A DNA stretch of 62,113 nt, the filler included, from Choristocarpus tenellus KU-1152 (Eukaryota; Protista; Phaeophyceae): the NCBI GenBank assembly GCA_964200185.2. It is 9 parts of 9 records of this genome, joined end to end, with 100 filler letters (N's around TTAATTAATTAA, not from the genome) between each part and the next. Parts side by side here need not be neighbours in the genome. Positions count along the whole stretch, not along the records: positions 1 to 3,464 come from CAXNAD020019860.1; positions 3,565 to 15,020 come from CAXNAD020002307.1; 7 more parts are not named here. One strand, 5' to 3'. Below, one piece after another: positions 1-13,728 of this stretch (positions are counted from its first letter, which is position 1; each line of letters opens with the position of its first letter). A program made the position numbers and the translations under genes. A model generated the notes under the pieces. The model saw only the letters and a list, made by a program, of their open reading frames with translations. It did no database searches and had not been told where the DNA came from.

Positions 1-821
1 CCGTCTTGCCCCGTGATTCTCTTCGCCACCCTTGCCTGAGTGAACCACGCCGCCACAGAATCACACGATTCACACAATGAAACAACAAAACTCAGTTACA
101 ACTTTTTTTTTTTTCTTTAACATATTCTAGAACACATTGTTAGTGAGGAGGTGTAACAATCTGTCTCGGACGTTAATTTACTACTTCTCTATCTCTTATA
201 CGAGTGAGTGTGGCATATTGTGATGCTCGCAAAAAGTATCTTAAGTAGCATGTTATTAGAACGACCTAAACGATGTGCACACTCTCAAAGATAAGTTGTA
301 GGATTAATGGAGGGATGAAGTTGTGATGTAGACATAGGTGTAAATGTCTATGGGAAGTTGGCTATCAGATTGTATAAACTATTGTATGAAAGGGCTTTCC
401 ATTTTAGTCCGTCGTAGAGGTGTGCTCTTGATGGATAGCTTGCTTGCATTGAAACGTCCAACACGAGGGCCTACTCTTCACGAGGAGTCCGATAGTGACC
501 ACTCCTCACTCTGATTTGTATTGTTGGAGAATATATATTTTTGGGAGTGTACACATCCCTTTTTTTGTGAATCGTATTAAAACCAACACATTATCATTCC
601 TCACAACAAGTTGGTGGATCCAACTTCTCGCGCGCTACTAGCCACCCGATTTTCTCCGTCTTTACCCTTAATCCTCATAACCATCTCACACCCCATCCTC
701 AAGTACCTGTGGGTAGTGGACAATTCGTTGACCGGCTCACTAAAGATATTTATCGTTGGACCAGGGACATCTGCGGAAAAGGGGTAGAGCTCCCCATCTG
801 GGGAAGCCTTTGCTTCTCGCC

Positions 822-3445
822 ATGGCAAAGGGGGCTGGTCTCAACCCAACACCAGCTAAAACTGTGGGCGCGAATAAGATGGCGGTGATGCTTTTGCTTA
901 GCAGGTGCATGGCTATTGCATGGCTACGCTGCCAAAACTGTTCCATTCCTGCGTTGAAATCACTCTTTAGCTCTTAGTGATGGGAACTATTTATTATTTC
1001 TAGCTGTTTTTGGATATGAAGTTTGCACCTTCCCCTCATACGACGCTCGTCGACCTCTCAATTGTGTGCACCGCCAGGACAATGGAGGGCCGAGCCCTTT
1101 CTATGTCAGCGTTCGTGAATCACGTTGGGTCTGGAGTGGCAACATCGACATGCACTCGATTATCCTGTGCTTATGGACGAGAAAGTGTGAAAGGTAGAGC
1201 GTGGCTCAGCACTACGAGTCAGGCCCAGCGATCATGGACATCGCGTAAGGTGCCTAGGCGATGGCTACAGGCGTCAGCAGTGGCAGATAGTACTATCAAA
1301 GCAGATATACTTCAACCACCATCGATCGTGGACGAGAATGGAGACATGGCAACACAGGTGAGAATTTCGCATTTGTCGGTTGATGCATCATCATGTGTGG
1401 GCTGGTCAAAAGAAAACGCAAGCAAAATTGTCGTGATAAAGATAGGAAAACTATGTGGGAAAGAGCTAGCCTGACCTATAATAACCAGCCCGTTGCATAG
1501 CACGAGATAAACACCTCAAGCCGAGGTGGTGAAAATGTTTCTCTCCATAGGATACGTACGATGTGACTTTGAACATGGGTGATCAAACCTTCCGTGTGTG
1601 GCAATTCACACCCTGATTGCTTGAATGATACCTAAATGTTGACCTATACCCTTTCTTCAACATTTCTGAATTTCGATGCAAGGCAGTACGATTTCTCGGC
1701 CGTGGAAACAAGTATGTACAAGTGGTGGGAGGCCAAGGGTTATTTTAAGCCTGGCGGTGACAGTACCAAAAAGGCGTACGTGGTGCCAATGCCCCCCCCG
1801 AACGTGACCGGTTACCTTCACATGGGGCACGCCATGGGGACAACTCTGCAGGTAACTGTTTAGTCGCGTACTACAATGTGAGAGAATTACCAAAGTGCTT
1901 CAGATACACCTCCAAACTATGAGTGAGCGTACATGATAAACCCTTCTCATTGCAACCAAGAAATGAGCGGACATTGTAGTTTTATCATTGGCGGGCATGA
2001 TGTGGCATAACTTGCCTGGGTGAGTACATCAGATTAATCAGTATTGATGATTGATGCACAATTTTATCCTGGCTGCCTGGCAACTGTAAGCATTAGAGAA
2101 AGATACCTTCTTTCCCACAGGAATGAAAATGTAGGGTCACATAATGACCAACTTGACATCTGAGTTTGGTATATAAGATATACTATAAATTTGCAGCTGA
2201 ACTCAATAAAATAGCCAGCTCACGTCACTCCTCAGTTATTTGGGGATACTTCTTAGTGTTAGTAATTTATAATGTGGGTATTTGTGTGACTTCTCCTCGC
2301 AAGTAATAAATTTTTCTTGTTTATTTGGTTTATAGCCCGAGAAAAAACACCACAAACCCTAAGGGATTGACTCCCTGCCTTCAGCTTCAGCCTCAATTCA
2401 CCCCTGCCCAACCCCACCCATTATAGCCTTTTGTTTCAACCCTAGTTAACTCTTCAAGTGCTAATTGAAGTGACCCCGCTGCTCAGCCGAAACTAAAATG
2501 TCCCAATTTTCCGAACTGTGTTTTTTTTTGGTAAGTGTAAGTAGTACAGCACTCTGATCAAGCCTCCTTACCCTGTTCAAACCCAATCCCAAACTACCTT
2601 GCAGGATATTCTAGCTCGGTACCACCGGATGCGTGGAGAACCAACACTGTGGCTTCCTGGAACGGATCATGCTGGCATTGCCACACAAATGGTGGTGGAG
2701 AGGGCATTGGCAGCAAAGGGCATGGACCGAAAGGAGATGGGAAGAGAAAAGTTTCTTGAGAAAGTGAGAATGCAACTCCTCCCACCCTGCTTTCCACCGA
2801 CCACCCCCTATCCCACGTTTTTATCGAGTTCTTTGTGCTTTTCTTTAGGTGGTGTGTAGCGTGGGGCAAGGGGTGTCAGGGTTGCCTATTACTCTTAGTG
2901 AGGAGAGAATGTTCTGAGCGTAGGGGTGTTGTGGAAATTGCTTATGTTCTGCGTTCATGTTTCTGTCTGGGGCGCTGATGTCAGATAACTTTTGAACAAA
3001 ATAATGCCTGTTGTATGTATGATGGGAAGTCAGAAAGATTGAATTCATATAAATCGCTGTTGAGTTCTTTACTCAAGTGATTTGAGACAAACTAGCCGGA
3101 GGAAGGGGGGGAGGAGAGATATTTGGACATGAGATAAAGCCGGGTTGAAGCCATCATATGACACTCTTCCAGTGTTGTGATCATCTCGCAGGTGCCCCTT
3201 GACAGTTTGTGGCCCACACCCTGGACCAACACCACCACATGCTTTGGCCTTCAATTGTCTCTCACCTTGCACCTCCACTGTTTCATGATGAATAGGTGTG
3301 GGAGCATAAGGAGAATAGTGGAGGTTACATCATTCAACAGATGCGTCGACTGGGAGCCTCAGCAGACTGGTCACGGGAACGGTTTACGTTGGACCCCGAA
3401 ATGAGCAATGCGGTCACAGAGGCATTTGTTCGGTTGCACGAAAAG
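822..3445 (+). CDS. valS: Valyl-tRNA synthetase, organellar (probably plastid-targeted), 5' partial; exons ~822/879-904, 1078-1357, 1687-1851, 2605-2763, 3296-3445; cut by contig gap
   Basis: Class I aaRS motifs [14 protein letters not shown] (HIGH), [18 protein letters not shown] and [23 protein letters not shown] junctions are phase-consistent. The N-terminal extension [22 protein letters not shown] resembles a heterokont signal peptide plus SAF transit motif. The first exon is less certain. Confidence 0.95.
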
Positions 3446-3464
3446 GTCGTTGCTGTTGAACCCC

Positions 3465-3564
3465 NNNNNNNNNNNNNNNNNNNNNNNNNNNNNNNNNNNN
3501 NNNNNNNNTTAATTAATTAANNNNNNNNNNNNNNNNNNNNNNNNNNNNNNNNNNNNNNNNNNNN
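3465..3564. other. Artificial contig spacer; identical spacers at 15021-15120, 20841-20940, 24618-24717, 32680-32779, 37436-37535, 41240-41339 and 51113-51212
   Basis: 100-nt N-run containing TTAATTAATTAA, which has stops in all six frames. Confidence 0.98.
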
Positions 3565-3777
3565 CCATCATCCAGAACCAAAAAAAGAACGAGGGGGGGG
3601 GGGGGGGGGGGGGGTTGCAGACCTGCTTGAGATTGTGTCATCCTTGGGCAGTCTCCTGTATTGGGAGCATATAATGAGAGGGAAAAACCAACTAGGTATT
3701 GACACCCAATCCAACTAGGTATTGACACCCAATCCAAGTAGGTATTGACACCTTTGTACTTTGTACCAATCTCTCAG

Positions 3778-6700
3778 GCGTTTGAGCTGTTTTACCACGA
3801 GGCTGACACAGGAATGGTAATTCCAGCAGCTTCTCGGCTGAAGAATGTGGACTGGGATACACAAACATCTCTCTTCACTTGGGCATCACAGGGTGCATGG
3901 CCACCTGAGGCAAATGCGTTGGAGGTGGGTGTGTATGCATCAGAGTGGCGTTGGACATGTGGAGAGAATGCCCTCGATAGCTGGAACATTGTTATTGCAG
4001 TTACTAACGAATTGCCCCCTTCAGCAAATGATCATCTATCACCTTGTGCTGTTCTCTAACCCTAACCCAAGAGTTGTGTATTGTTTGCATTAATGTATCT
4101 ACCTTCAGACCCAAAGTATCTGGGGGAGGGGGGGGGGGGTCTTCACCAAAGTGTCCATTTGGACCAACACCAGGAAAAGCGCACTTTCATTATCCATCCA
4201 ATGTATGGAACCAAATCACCCAAAAATCGCAACATGAATAATTTAGCTCCAAATGGACAGCCCCAGGTACTTTGAGCCAAGGTCAAAAAAGGATGCCGGC
4301 ACCCCCCCCCAGATACTTTGACCCTCAAAGTAGATCATTGTGGAAAGGATGAAAACAAACATGATACTCTTGAACTCTTGAACTCTTGAAAGCAGTGCCA
4401 AGGATATGCAGACTGCTATATAATACAATAAAACCCAGGGCTAAGCCCTCCTATAATACCGCACTGAATCCCACCACCCATAACCTGTACCTTGTCAGGT
4501 GCGATCAACAGATGCAACCCTTAAAAATGAACATATATCCAAGGCTTTGGCTACGGGAGATAACCTAGGGCAGGTTCGATTGCTTCGGCAGCCTTGCACT
4601 TCTGCATACTCATCTGCCAAAACCTACAGGTAACCTGTAGACATATGCAAAGGAGGGTACTTTGAAGCAAAATTGATCTTAATTGTAGTGCAACAGAGCC
4701 TTAATGTTTCACAGGAAAGCAGTTCAAGAAATAAACTTACCAAGTACTGTTATCTATGTACACTTTATCTATGTACATCTTATCTATGTACATCCTATCT
4801 ATGTACACGTTATCTATGTACACGTTAGCACTAATGTAGAAACCCCGTTATATAGAGGACTGCACCTCTGTTGACCTTATCCCCAGTATTATCATCAACT
4901 CCTGAAACATCGCCTGTTGATTTGCAATGCACAGCCCCATTCATTCATTCACTCATTCATTCATTCATTCATTCATTCATTCACTCATTTGTGATGTGTC
5001 ACTTGCCTAAGAGGGCATGCAGCGGCAGTTTCATGTTTACGTTGGACAGCGGGGCAAAGTCACCTCATATCTATTGGTCAGGAAGACCGGTGCATATTTC
5101 AGTGGAGGCATGAAAGGGATGACTTGGCTGCCAAGGAGCTCAACAGGTGAGAACAAACAAACCTGTGCGGCCTGGGTTGAGTGACTTCCTCCTCTGTGTA
5201 GTCAATTTTTTTGCTGGTGACAATCTGTACATTGACTATATTGTGACTACATTGTGACTACATTGTGACTGGTGTCTAGACGGCTGGTTCAAAATATTCC
5301 ATCCAAATTAGACGTTAATGAGATATTCCATCCAAATGATGTCGATCAAACGGCATCCTTCTTGTTTCCCATTTCACGTTGTATCTTGTATCTTGTATCT
5401 TGCATCTTGCATCTTGCATCTTGCATCTTGTATCTTGTATCTTGTATCTTGCATCTTGCATCTTGCATCTTATATCTTGTATCTTATATCTTGTATCTTG
5501 CACAAGGCGGGTGGATCCAGGAGAGAGGTCAAGAGACACACCCAACAATGGAACATCCGTTGATAGTGGTGGGCAAAGAATCACCTCAGGAAACACAGGG
5601 GGAGGAGAAGAAAGTGATGCAGACCCTGAGGTAGATTGCATGGCAATGGTGGCTGACTTCAATGGGGGCACAAACACCGAGGATGACGAAAATGGCGGAA
5701 AGACCATAGAAAAGCCCTGGATGAAGAATGTGAGGCATATTTTTCATTCAATTATTCTGTGTCAATACTGCAATCCAAGAAGAATTTCCTAGCTGAGTGA
5801 ATCCTTCTCTTACACTGCTAAGGGATAGAGTTAGGGATGACAAACAGAGTGCACTTATACATTTTGGATACATTGGTGATACATTGTTGCAGTATTATGT
5901 TGCTTACTCCAGAGGGATCTTGTGGGTGAATCTAACACAGAATCTGCCACTGGGAATTTTGCTTGATCTCTTCAAAAGAATAGTATATTAGCGGCGTCAT
6001 GATAAGGCTCCATCCACATCCATCATCTTGAAAGCGGTTGCTCTGCTGTTTGTTCAGTCTCTCTCCTCCCCCATAACCTCCTTTGGACATGACTCAAAAG
6101 AATTGCTGGTAAATGTCATGGCTTGGTCCCAGGTTTCCCTTTGGCTTAGGCTACCACCTACTACAGTACTACTTCTCAGTCAGACATTAATGTTCCTGAT
6201 TGCCGCCGTATCCCCTTTCAATCTCAGCTCATTGAGCCATCATATGCTGCAGACCTTGGCAATGACCCCTCCGCCCCAAGGCAAAGCCTGGTCCTCTCAG
6301 CTGTGTGGGGCATTCGAAGTCAGGGGCAAACACGAGGAGCTCTGGGATACAATTGCCAAGGTGGCCTTGTGTACCCTGCAGCAAATCTTGGTGTGGTCTA
6401 TGATCGACACCATCATAGGTAAGGAGGAGGCACTTGTGATTCTGTGTGTAAAAGCATGGCGATAAACATGATAGACATGATGATGGTCATCAGGAAATAT
6501 AACACGAGCTTGAGAGAACCCATTGCCCAGACTTCAGTGTGACACACACCTGTGGTTGGTGGCAGTCTGGACTAGAGTGGTACCCCTTGACTAATAGTGT
6601 TTTGTAGTGAGAGCACTGCAGTGTCCATGGGCATGACTAGCAACATCTTCCCCCTCATCATCTGGCAGTCAACGCTATTTTCATGGTCACAAGGAGACAT

Positions 6701-9700
6701 CAATTGTTGCAATGAGCATTAGTGCCAATGGACGGTTTGCTGTATCTGGAGAGTCTGGGAATCGCCCCTGTATCAGAATGTGGAATGCTACAACATGTGT
6801 TGAGGTGGGCTATACAATATACACTACACTATGCTATTTTACTACTAAATGAGTAGATGCTGTATTATATACTACACTATGCTATTCTACTACTAAATGA
6901 GTAGATGTATTATACACTACACTATGCTATTTTACTACTAAATGAGTAGGTGTTGTATTGTATACTACACTATGCTATTTTACTACTACATGAGTTGTTT
7001 TATACACTACACTATGCCATTATACTACTAAATGAATGAAGTTGTGCAGTGAAAGTAGGCCTAGGTGTCTACAGAATGTCCAGAAATGGGCTAGTAGCAC
7101 ATAGCCCCAATACAAGATAGTCTGGGAAAGGTGTCTACTAACTGCTCCTGGTGCCTCCTTCACTCCTTCTGGACACTCTTTCTGAACACTCATTCTGGAC
7201 ACTCAGCTTTGTGTGCTGCCTAAGCTACACAGACAGGGGGTTGCAACCCTTGGATTTTCCAGAGATGGAAGACGACTAGTCTCTGTGGGCACAGATGTGG
7301 ATAAATCTCTTGGTGTGTGGCGATCATGTTCAGGAGAATGGAATGACTGTGAACTACAGGTACCTAGCTAGACCAGACCTAGTAACGCAGAGGAAAATTC
7401 CTAGAGACCTATGTTTCGCTAAACCCTAAGCCCGCCGTAGGCATGATTGGTGGCATAGTGATGTATGTGTTCAGCTTCTCAGCCTTGTTGAGAACTCCAT
7501 TTTACAAATTTTGCACCATATAGAAGATCTTCCTCTCTCTCTGAACAAGCGTATGTATATCCAGGATTCTGACCTTGGCAACACCAAACCCAACTATTCT
7601 GACCTCTGATGACAGGCTACTGCAAAGGGTGGGTGTGGAAGTGGACACGTGTTTTTTGCACAGTTCTCATTTTCAGATACAGATCAGTTCCAGTTGGTGT
7701 CTGGTGGAGTGAACCACGTTAAGTTCTGGGTTCTCGATGGCAGGTATTCCTTCCATCAACTCCGAGCATCAATCCTTTGTTTAGTGTATGGCTTTTCAGA
7801 TGAGTGCATCTAGTGTTCGCTTGAGGCACTTTAACAAATCTCATCTGAGTAAGAACCTAGACAACAACAAAAAAATGAGCTGCTTGGCACAATCAACTAA
7901 AATATCAAGCCCTCGGAAGTATGCTATGATTCTTTTGGAGGGTATAGAGTACTCCAAGCAGTTCTGTATGGTTTTCTAGAGGGCATGCAGTGCATAGATC
8001 GTAGAAGGTATTCACCCAGGTGCCCATTGTGAAAGAGATGGTGTTTGAGAGACTGTAGTCCATTGCTGAGGAAAGGCAGTCTACCGATTTCGTTTGTCTG
8101 GCCTCTCGACTGAACCTTCTCAGTTGGTAGATCAAGAAACTTCTCAGTTGGTTGATCAAGAACAGCATGTTGCTCTGCTGCCCCGACCAGCACCCACATC
8201 AAAAAAAAGTATTACATTATAGTGTTACCACACTATGATTCCACCAGGAAACACACCAAGCATCTGCTCACAGAAAATGCATCAACCAATCCCAGATGGA
8301 ATAGCTCACCTTTCTGACCTCAACCATTGGAACCCACAAACAATCAGGGTCCTTACACCCCGAATGGGACTGTTTGGAAAGGTAGGAGAGAGCCAGACAA
8401 TGCTTTGTGGATCATCGGTCGCCTCATCACGCTTCGTTAGCGGAGGCGTTAGTGGCCACCTCTATGTATGGAAAGGAAGGTGTGCTACAAACGCCTCCAC
8501 CGACTTGTATCTCACTTTTTCGAGTATCTCACTTTGTCGAGATCGATTCAAGAAAACCAAACAATCCCCAGCAAAAACACCAAGGACCACTGGAATCCAA
8601 TGCAACGACTGCAAACGTCTCTATTCATGCAAAACCGCCACCCTTCCATCGTACACAACCCACCTCAGTCTAACCCACCTCAGTCTAACCCACCTCAGTC
8701 TATCGCCCGTGATGTATTGCAGGTGGCTGGAGAAGACTGTTCGAGCCCATCAGAAGTGTATCAACACAGTATACCACTCCAATGGAGGGTTTGTAACAGC
8801 AGGGAAAGACGGATACATAAAATTGTGGAGTGTGCAGTTGGAACACCTCAAGACCTATGACCTCAGTGAGGTGCAAGAGACTTGTATACTTTTACTTTTA
8901 TTTTACAGATATCAAGACAGGATTGAAGGTTTCTGGTATGCTCATTGTGACTGCGCAACCTATATATATACTGTATAAAGTAACCAAAGGCATAAGCTGT
9001 CCATGATGTCCCACCCTTTGGTGCTCTGCTGCAGAGATCAGTACTTGTATTTATTTATTTTTCCACCTTGTCTTGTGACCTACTCCAAAGTGCTGCAAAT
9101 CATCAAGAATAAGATATTAGACCTGACCTGATGAGGGAGTTATGACGTGATGCTATTGATTTCCAGTCAACAATATTGGAGGGAGGGTACCAATGAAGGC
9201 GTCGTTCCTCTTGAATCGTGCATGTCACATGTCACTAGGCCCCTGTTCCACCCCTACTTCGAGGGGTTCGGGCTGTGAGCACCCAGCTTGATGCAACAGG
9301 GACAGAGGTGGTAAGGATTGCTGCAGTAACTGCTGGTTCAGAGATGTATGAGATAAGCACAGAGAGCGGAGCAGCCCTTCTGATGCAGGTGCTACTTGCA
9401 ATGTTTACTCTGTTCTTGATTACTCTGTTCTTGATTAGTCTGTTCTTGATTAGCTTGTTCTTGATTAGTCTGTTTTTTTTCGCATTGAGTTGGTTTGTGT
9501 TCGCAGTGCTTGTTCAACTTCAACTTCAACTTCAACTTCAACAACCTTGACCTAATGTTCTTAATGCAATGTAGTGTGTACTATACAGTATCAACTTCCC
9601 AAGATATATAAGGCAAGGCCACTGATAGTAATCATCAAATCGCAACTTGAGTTCTGACATGTTTGGTGTCATGTCATTGTCCACTGAAATGGTGGAAGTA

Positions 9701-12700
9701 AGCTGGATATCTTTTTTAACACCATTTGTAGCACTATGATGATATTGTCGGGCGCCTGATATTGACCCTCAATACTCCCTCTCATGAAATGCTAGGAGGG
9801 ACACTTCTCAGATCAGCTGTGGGGTCTGGCAACTCATCCAAAGGATCCAGACATATTTGCCACATCAGGGGATGACAAAAGCATACGGATTTGGAGCTTG
9901 TCCCTCAGAATGATGGTTAGGAAGGCGTTTGTGGATGGGACATGCAGAGCACTATGCTGGTCACCCAATGGACAGTGAGTATTTTACAGTTACATTTCAA
10001 CTCGCACCACAACCTTTTACATTTCAACCTAGACCAATCTGTGGTGCCTTCCTCTGTACCTTGACACAGAAAACACTTGGACTGGACCTTGGACTGTATA
10101 ACCCTGTTAATATTGGTTGGTTCGATTACTACCCCCAACCCCTTTCGGGGAAATGTTTTCCCCAATGAAAAGTGACCATTGAAAAGTGCAGCATATACTG
10201 ATCCCTCAATCCCTCCCTGATTTGTTCTTGCACTGTGTATCACAAGCAGATACCTTGTGATTGGAATGGGAGGGAGTGTGTCAGGCAAACGGACTCGCAA
10301 GGATGGAGCGGTGAGAGATAGAACATACCTTGACCTGCTTCTGTTCGAAAAATATTTCTTTTTTTTCATGTTTCAATTTTTTTTAAAATAGAACTTTCAC
10401 TTTTTATTGCCAGATCAGTCGATGAGGTTTGTGAGGTTTGGAGTTAACCAATTGTGCCAAATTTCAAGAAACAGCATAAACAGGTTAATTTGACAAAATT
10501 TGGTTAATTGATGCGTGAGGAACGAGATCAGCATTAATTTGAACACCATTGCGGCTGTTTAATGCAGACAACCCAGACATAGTACAGCAACTGCACTCCA
10601 AACTAACTGAATACCACCACTGGTCATCAAGAGATTGCAATAGTATTAGTAATTAGGTGACAGTGATGATATCAACATTATCACGCTCATTTTATTTTTT
10701 TCCTACTAGACGACTGACTTATTTTATTTTTATTTTAACCTGTGCTCAAACTAAAATTTCAGTTTTTAGTGCTGGATGCACTGAACATGGAAATGGTCTT
10801 TGAAGGGAGAGACTCACGTTCCTCTATCCGGTCATGTGCGTACAGCCCTGATGGGAAGAGCTTTGCACTGGGATCTACAGATCACAGGATATACTTCTAT
10901 GATGCCATGTCATATGCCTTGAGAGTCAAGGTGAATTAATGGAAGGCGACTTTTAGTGAGCAGTCCCAGACTAGTCCCAGACTAAAGGAATCATTGATTA
11001 TTCCAAAGAATTTCGAAGTCTGTGATCACTTCTCTATGTATCTTTTTCAGCATATATCTTTTTCAGTATATATCTTTTTCAGAAGTGGCATATCATAGAC
11101 ACTCTGAAGTATATCTCAGCAATCTTTCATGTGAAGCAGCACCACCGTTATTGTTGAGAGAAACTATTCGTGCAAACTGTTGGTAGGGATCAAATTTACA
11201 AGGATTGCTGCTGTCATCCTCATTTTGAAATTTTCCTCTTCATAACCAAGGATGAAACAAAAATATTGAGTTGTCAAAGTGTGTGGGGGTGATGGGAGGG
11301 TAGTGGAAAATATTGGGAGAGAGGGGAAAACAACCATTCTGAAGATATACTCCTAGGATAGTGTCCAACTAGTGGTCTAATCCGCTCTGAAGTACTGAGA
11401 TATGAGGATATGAGGATATGAGGATATGAGGCCTTTTCAACCGTAAAATAATACATATCTGTATGGGAATTTGAGGTATATGCACTGCATGTCACCCTCA
11501 ATTCCCCCTCAACTAGTTCGCACCTAAGCCCTTCAATCTTACCATATTTTTCAAGCTGAGATGGTGCACTGTCTCTTAATCATTGTTGGCTCTGTTTTGG
11601 TTGGGGTTAGGGTTGATGGTCTAGGGAGCCTGAAATCTCATTATACAGTACTGCATATCAATATATATATATATATATATTGTGCTCTTGAAAACTTTAG
11701 GCCCAGAAGCACAATGGAGACATCTTGTCATTGGACTATAGTGAGGATTCCAACTACATACAGTCCAACTGCACCAACGGTGAACACCTGCACTGTGAGT
11801 ACTTGACTTGACTTGACTTGACTTCCACAAGATATTACAAGACTGCCAGCACCACACCACTCAAGAGCCTTTTCATTTTTATAATGGAAATGTTGTGAGA
11901 TTGTGGTATTGTGTTATTTCACTTTCTGATCAGTCCACTTTCAGAGATCATTCAGAATTCGGTCACAGCTTTGCTTGCCATTAGTTGCATGTATTTGATA
12001 TAAGGTTGTTTGTTCGTTTTGATGTGTCTGAGGGCAAGCTGGGGTCTGCACATCTCAAGAAGATGTTGAAATCTTTGAATGAAATCAATCTTCGAATGAA
12101 GGCGAAGCAGAATGAGAATGAACTCTAGTACTTGTCCATTGGAACATGATAGCAAGCACCAGCCAACAGTACCATGCAGCGGCAGTCGCAACCTATGCCT
12201 CTCACTTGGTTTTTTAGTCAATCAAACACGGTCAACGGTCTTTTACAGGGTTTTTGAGTCCTTGGCTTAGTGTACTCTAAGGGTGCTTTGATTTGATCCA
12301 CTACTCAATAGTAAAGGTGCCATTCTCCTATATATACATTGGTTGTTACCAGTTGCAGTACCTGCAATACCTGCAGTACCTGCAAAGTGACTGATCAAGT
12401 GATGACAAGACGCCTTGCCCAACACCCTGAACCCTTCATATATGAAAATGTAGATAATGCAATGGATGGGGCACCTTTTACAGTGCAGGCACAACTGAAA
12501 CATGTCAAGTGGGCTGATTGGACCTGTTCCTTTGGTTGGGCAGTGCAGGGGATATGGTCACCAGCTGCTCAAGGAAACACCGCAAATATCATATCAGTCC
12601 ACAGGTATGAACAGATGAAGGGTTACTAATTGTCCTGGATTTGAACTTTGCCTAACCCCATTGTGTTAGTCCAGTCTTCCATTTCTCCAGGCCATCCATC

Positions 12701-13142
12701 ACTGGGTTACACCTTGACATAGTTGAAATTGTTGACATAGTTGACATAGTTGACATTGTTGACATTGTTGACATAGTTGACATAGTTGACATTGTTGGCG
12801 TAAAATTACCTCCTCGTTGGATACAGTGAGACAGACCATAAGAGAAGGGTAGTAGGGACAAAGCCTTGAGAAAATAATGAAGCCTACTTACTGTACCTCT
12901 TGAAGGTATTGTTATTGTCCTAATTCTGCAAAAAGAATGAACTTCTCAAGTGGTACTAATTGGCACTATCCGAAATGCAATCATATTTTCACTCCCTGCT
13001 GATCACAACACAAAAACAATATGTTGCAAAATAGGTCACATGACAAATCTCTCATGGTGACTGCCGATGAAGCTGGAGTCATACGGCTTTACCGCTATCC
13101 TGTGTTATCCAAACAGGTATAGCACTGAGATTGTGTTTGTCA

Positions 13143-13178
<36 letters not shown>

Positions 13179-13319
13179 GCTTTATCATTAGTCAAACAAA
13201 TATTGTTTTATCATTCCCCATCCACATCTATCAATTTCACAAAAAAAAATGTGACTAACTTACCGATTTATTTCCTATCTCTAATTACACCTCAAAATTT
13301 GAATTCTTCCCTCCCCCCC

Positions 13320-13388
<69 letters not shown>

Positions 13389-13728
13389 ACACACTTTCCT
13401 CTCTTGTTTGTAGGCGTTGTATACAAGTTATACTTCCAAGTGAGAACAGAATTTATAATTTCAGAAAAATCATTCGCTTTTAGTCTAGTAGTCCCTATGT
13501 TCCTATGTTTAGAGCGTGATGTTGTTCTTTCCTTCCCTTAGTAAAAGTGTTGCTAACAGCGTCATATGAACTTGGGTCCCACCTCAGGCGGAATTCCAAG
13601 CAGTCTCCGGCCATGCAGGTGGTGTCGCTTGCATCCGCTTCAGTGCTGATAGCACCCATGTGGTCTCAATTGGCAAGGGGGATCGTTCTATCTTTGTTTG
13701 GAAGGTTACTCCCGGGGATCTGGCTTAA
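3778..13728 (+). CDS. EML6: Echinoderm microtubule-associated protein-like (EML5/EML6-type) HELP + WD40 protein, 3' partial; exons 3778-3924, 4499-4629, 5012-5146, 5507-5729, 6228-6418, 6669-6804, 7207-7359, 7616-7743, 8348-8479, 8723-8870, 9239-9388, 9796-9974, 10250-10310, 10763-10930, 11701-11794, 12454-12604, 13035-13116, 13588-13728
   Basis: 18 GT-AG exons splice in phase to TAA at 13726-13728. HELP-like segment PRQSLVLSAVWG..YPAANLGVVYD..QRYFHGH. EML signatures EGHFSDQLWGLATHP, TSGDDKSIRIW and WADWTCSFGWAVQGIW. A second WDTQTSLFTWASQGAW upstream indicates repeated TAPE modules, as in EML5/6. Confidence 0.92.
4108..4324. mobile_element. MITE subfamily A, intronic, with a doubled right end
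   Basis: GACCCAAAGTATCTGGGG...CCCCAGATACTTTGACCC; inner inverted pair GTCCATTTGG/CCAAATGGAC; flanks TCA/TCA. Confidence 0.85.
5378..5502. repeat. Intronic 7-mer tandem repeat ((T/C)ATCTTG)n
   Basis: About 17 units directly upstream of the EML exon at 5507. Confidence 0.95.
6810..7035. repeat. Intronic ~48-50-bp minisatellite
   Basis: TATAC(ACT)ACACTATGCTATTTTACTACTAAATGAGT repeated 4-5 times. Confidence 0.9.
12713..12795. repeat. Intronic 9-mer tandem repeat (TTGACAT(A/T)G)n
   Basis: About 9 units seen directly. Confidence 0.95.

Noticed and set aside
1-828. Possible divergent minus-strand gene head-to-head with ValRS
   Set aside because: Splice-like signals exist, but the candidate exons did not join into an open frame and no domain was recognised.
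4044-4328. Recurrent short ORFs containing PKYLG/PRYF/CPFG in the ORF track
   Set aside because: They are translations of the MITE inverted repeats, not a protein family.
5272-5707. ORFs with CILYLVSCILHLAS / KIQDARC repeats
   Set aside because: They are translations of an intronic 7-mer microsatellite.
6810-7035. Repeat array resembling CRISPR
   Set aside because: Units are adjacent, without unique spacers of constant length; it lies in a eukaryotic intron and there are no cas genes.
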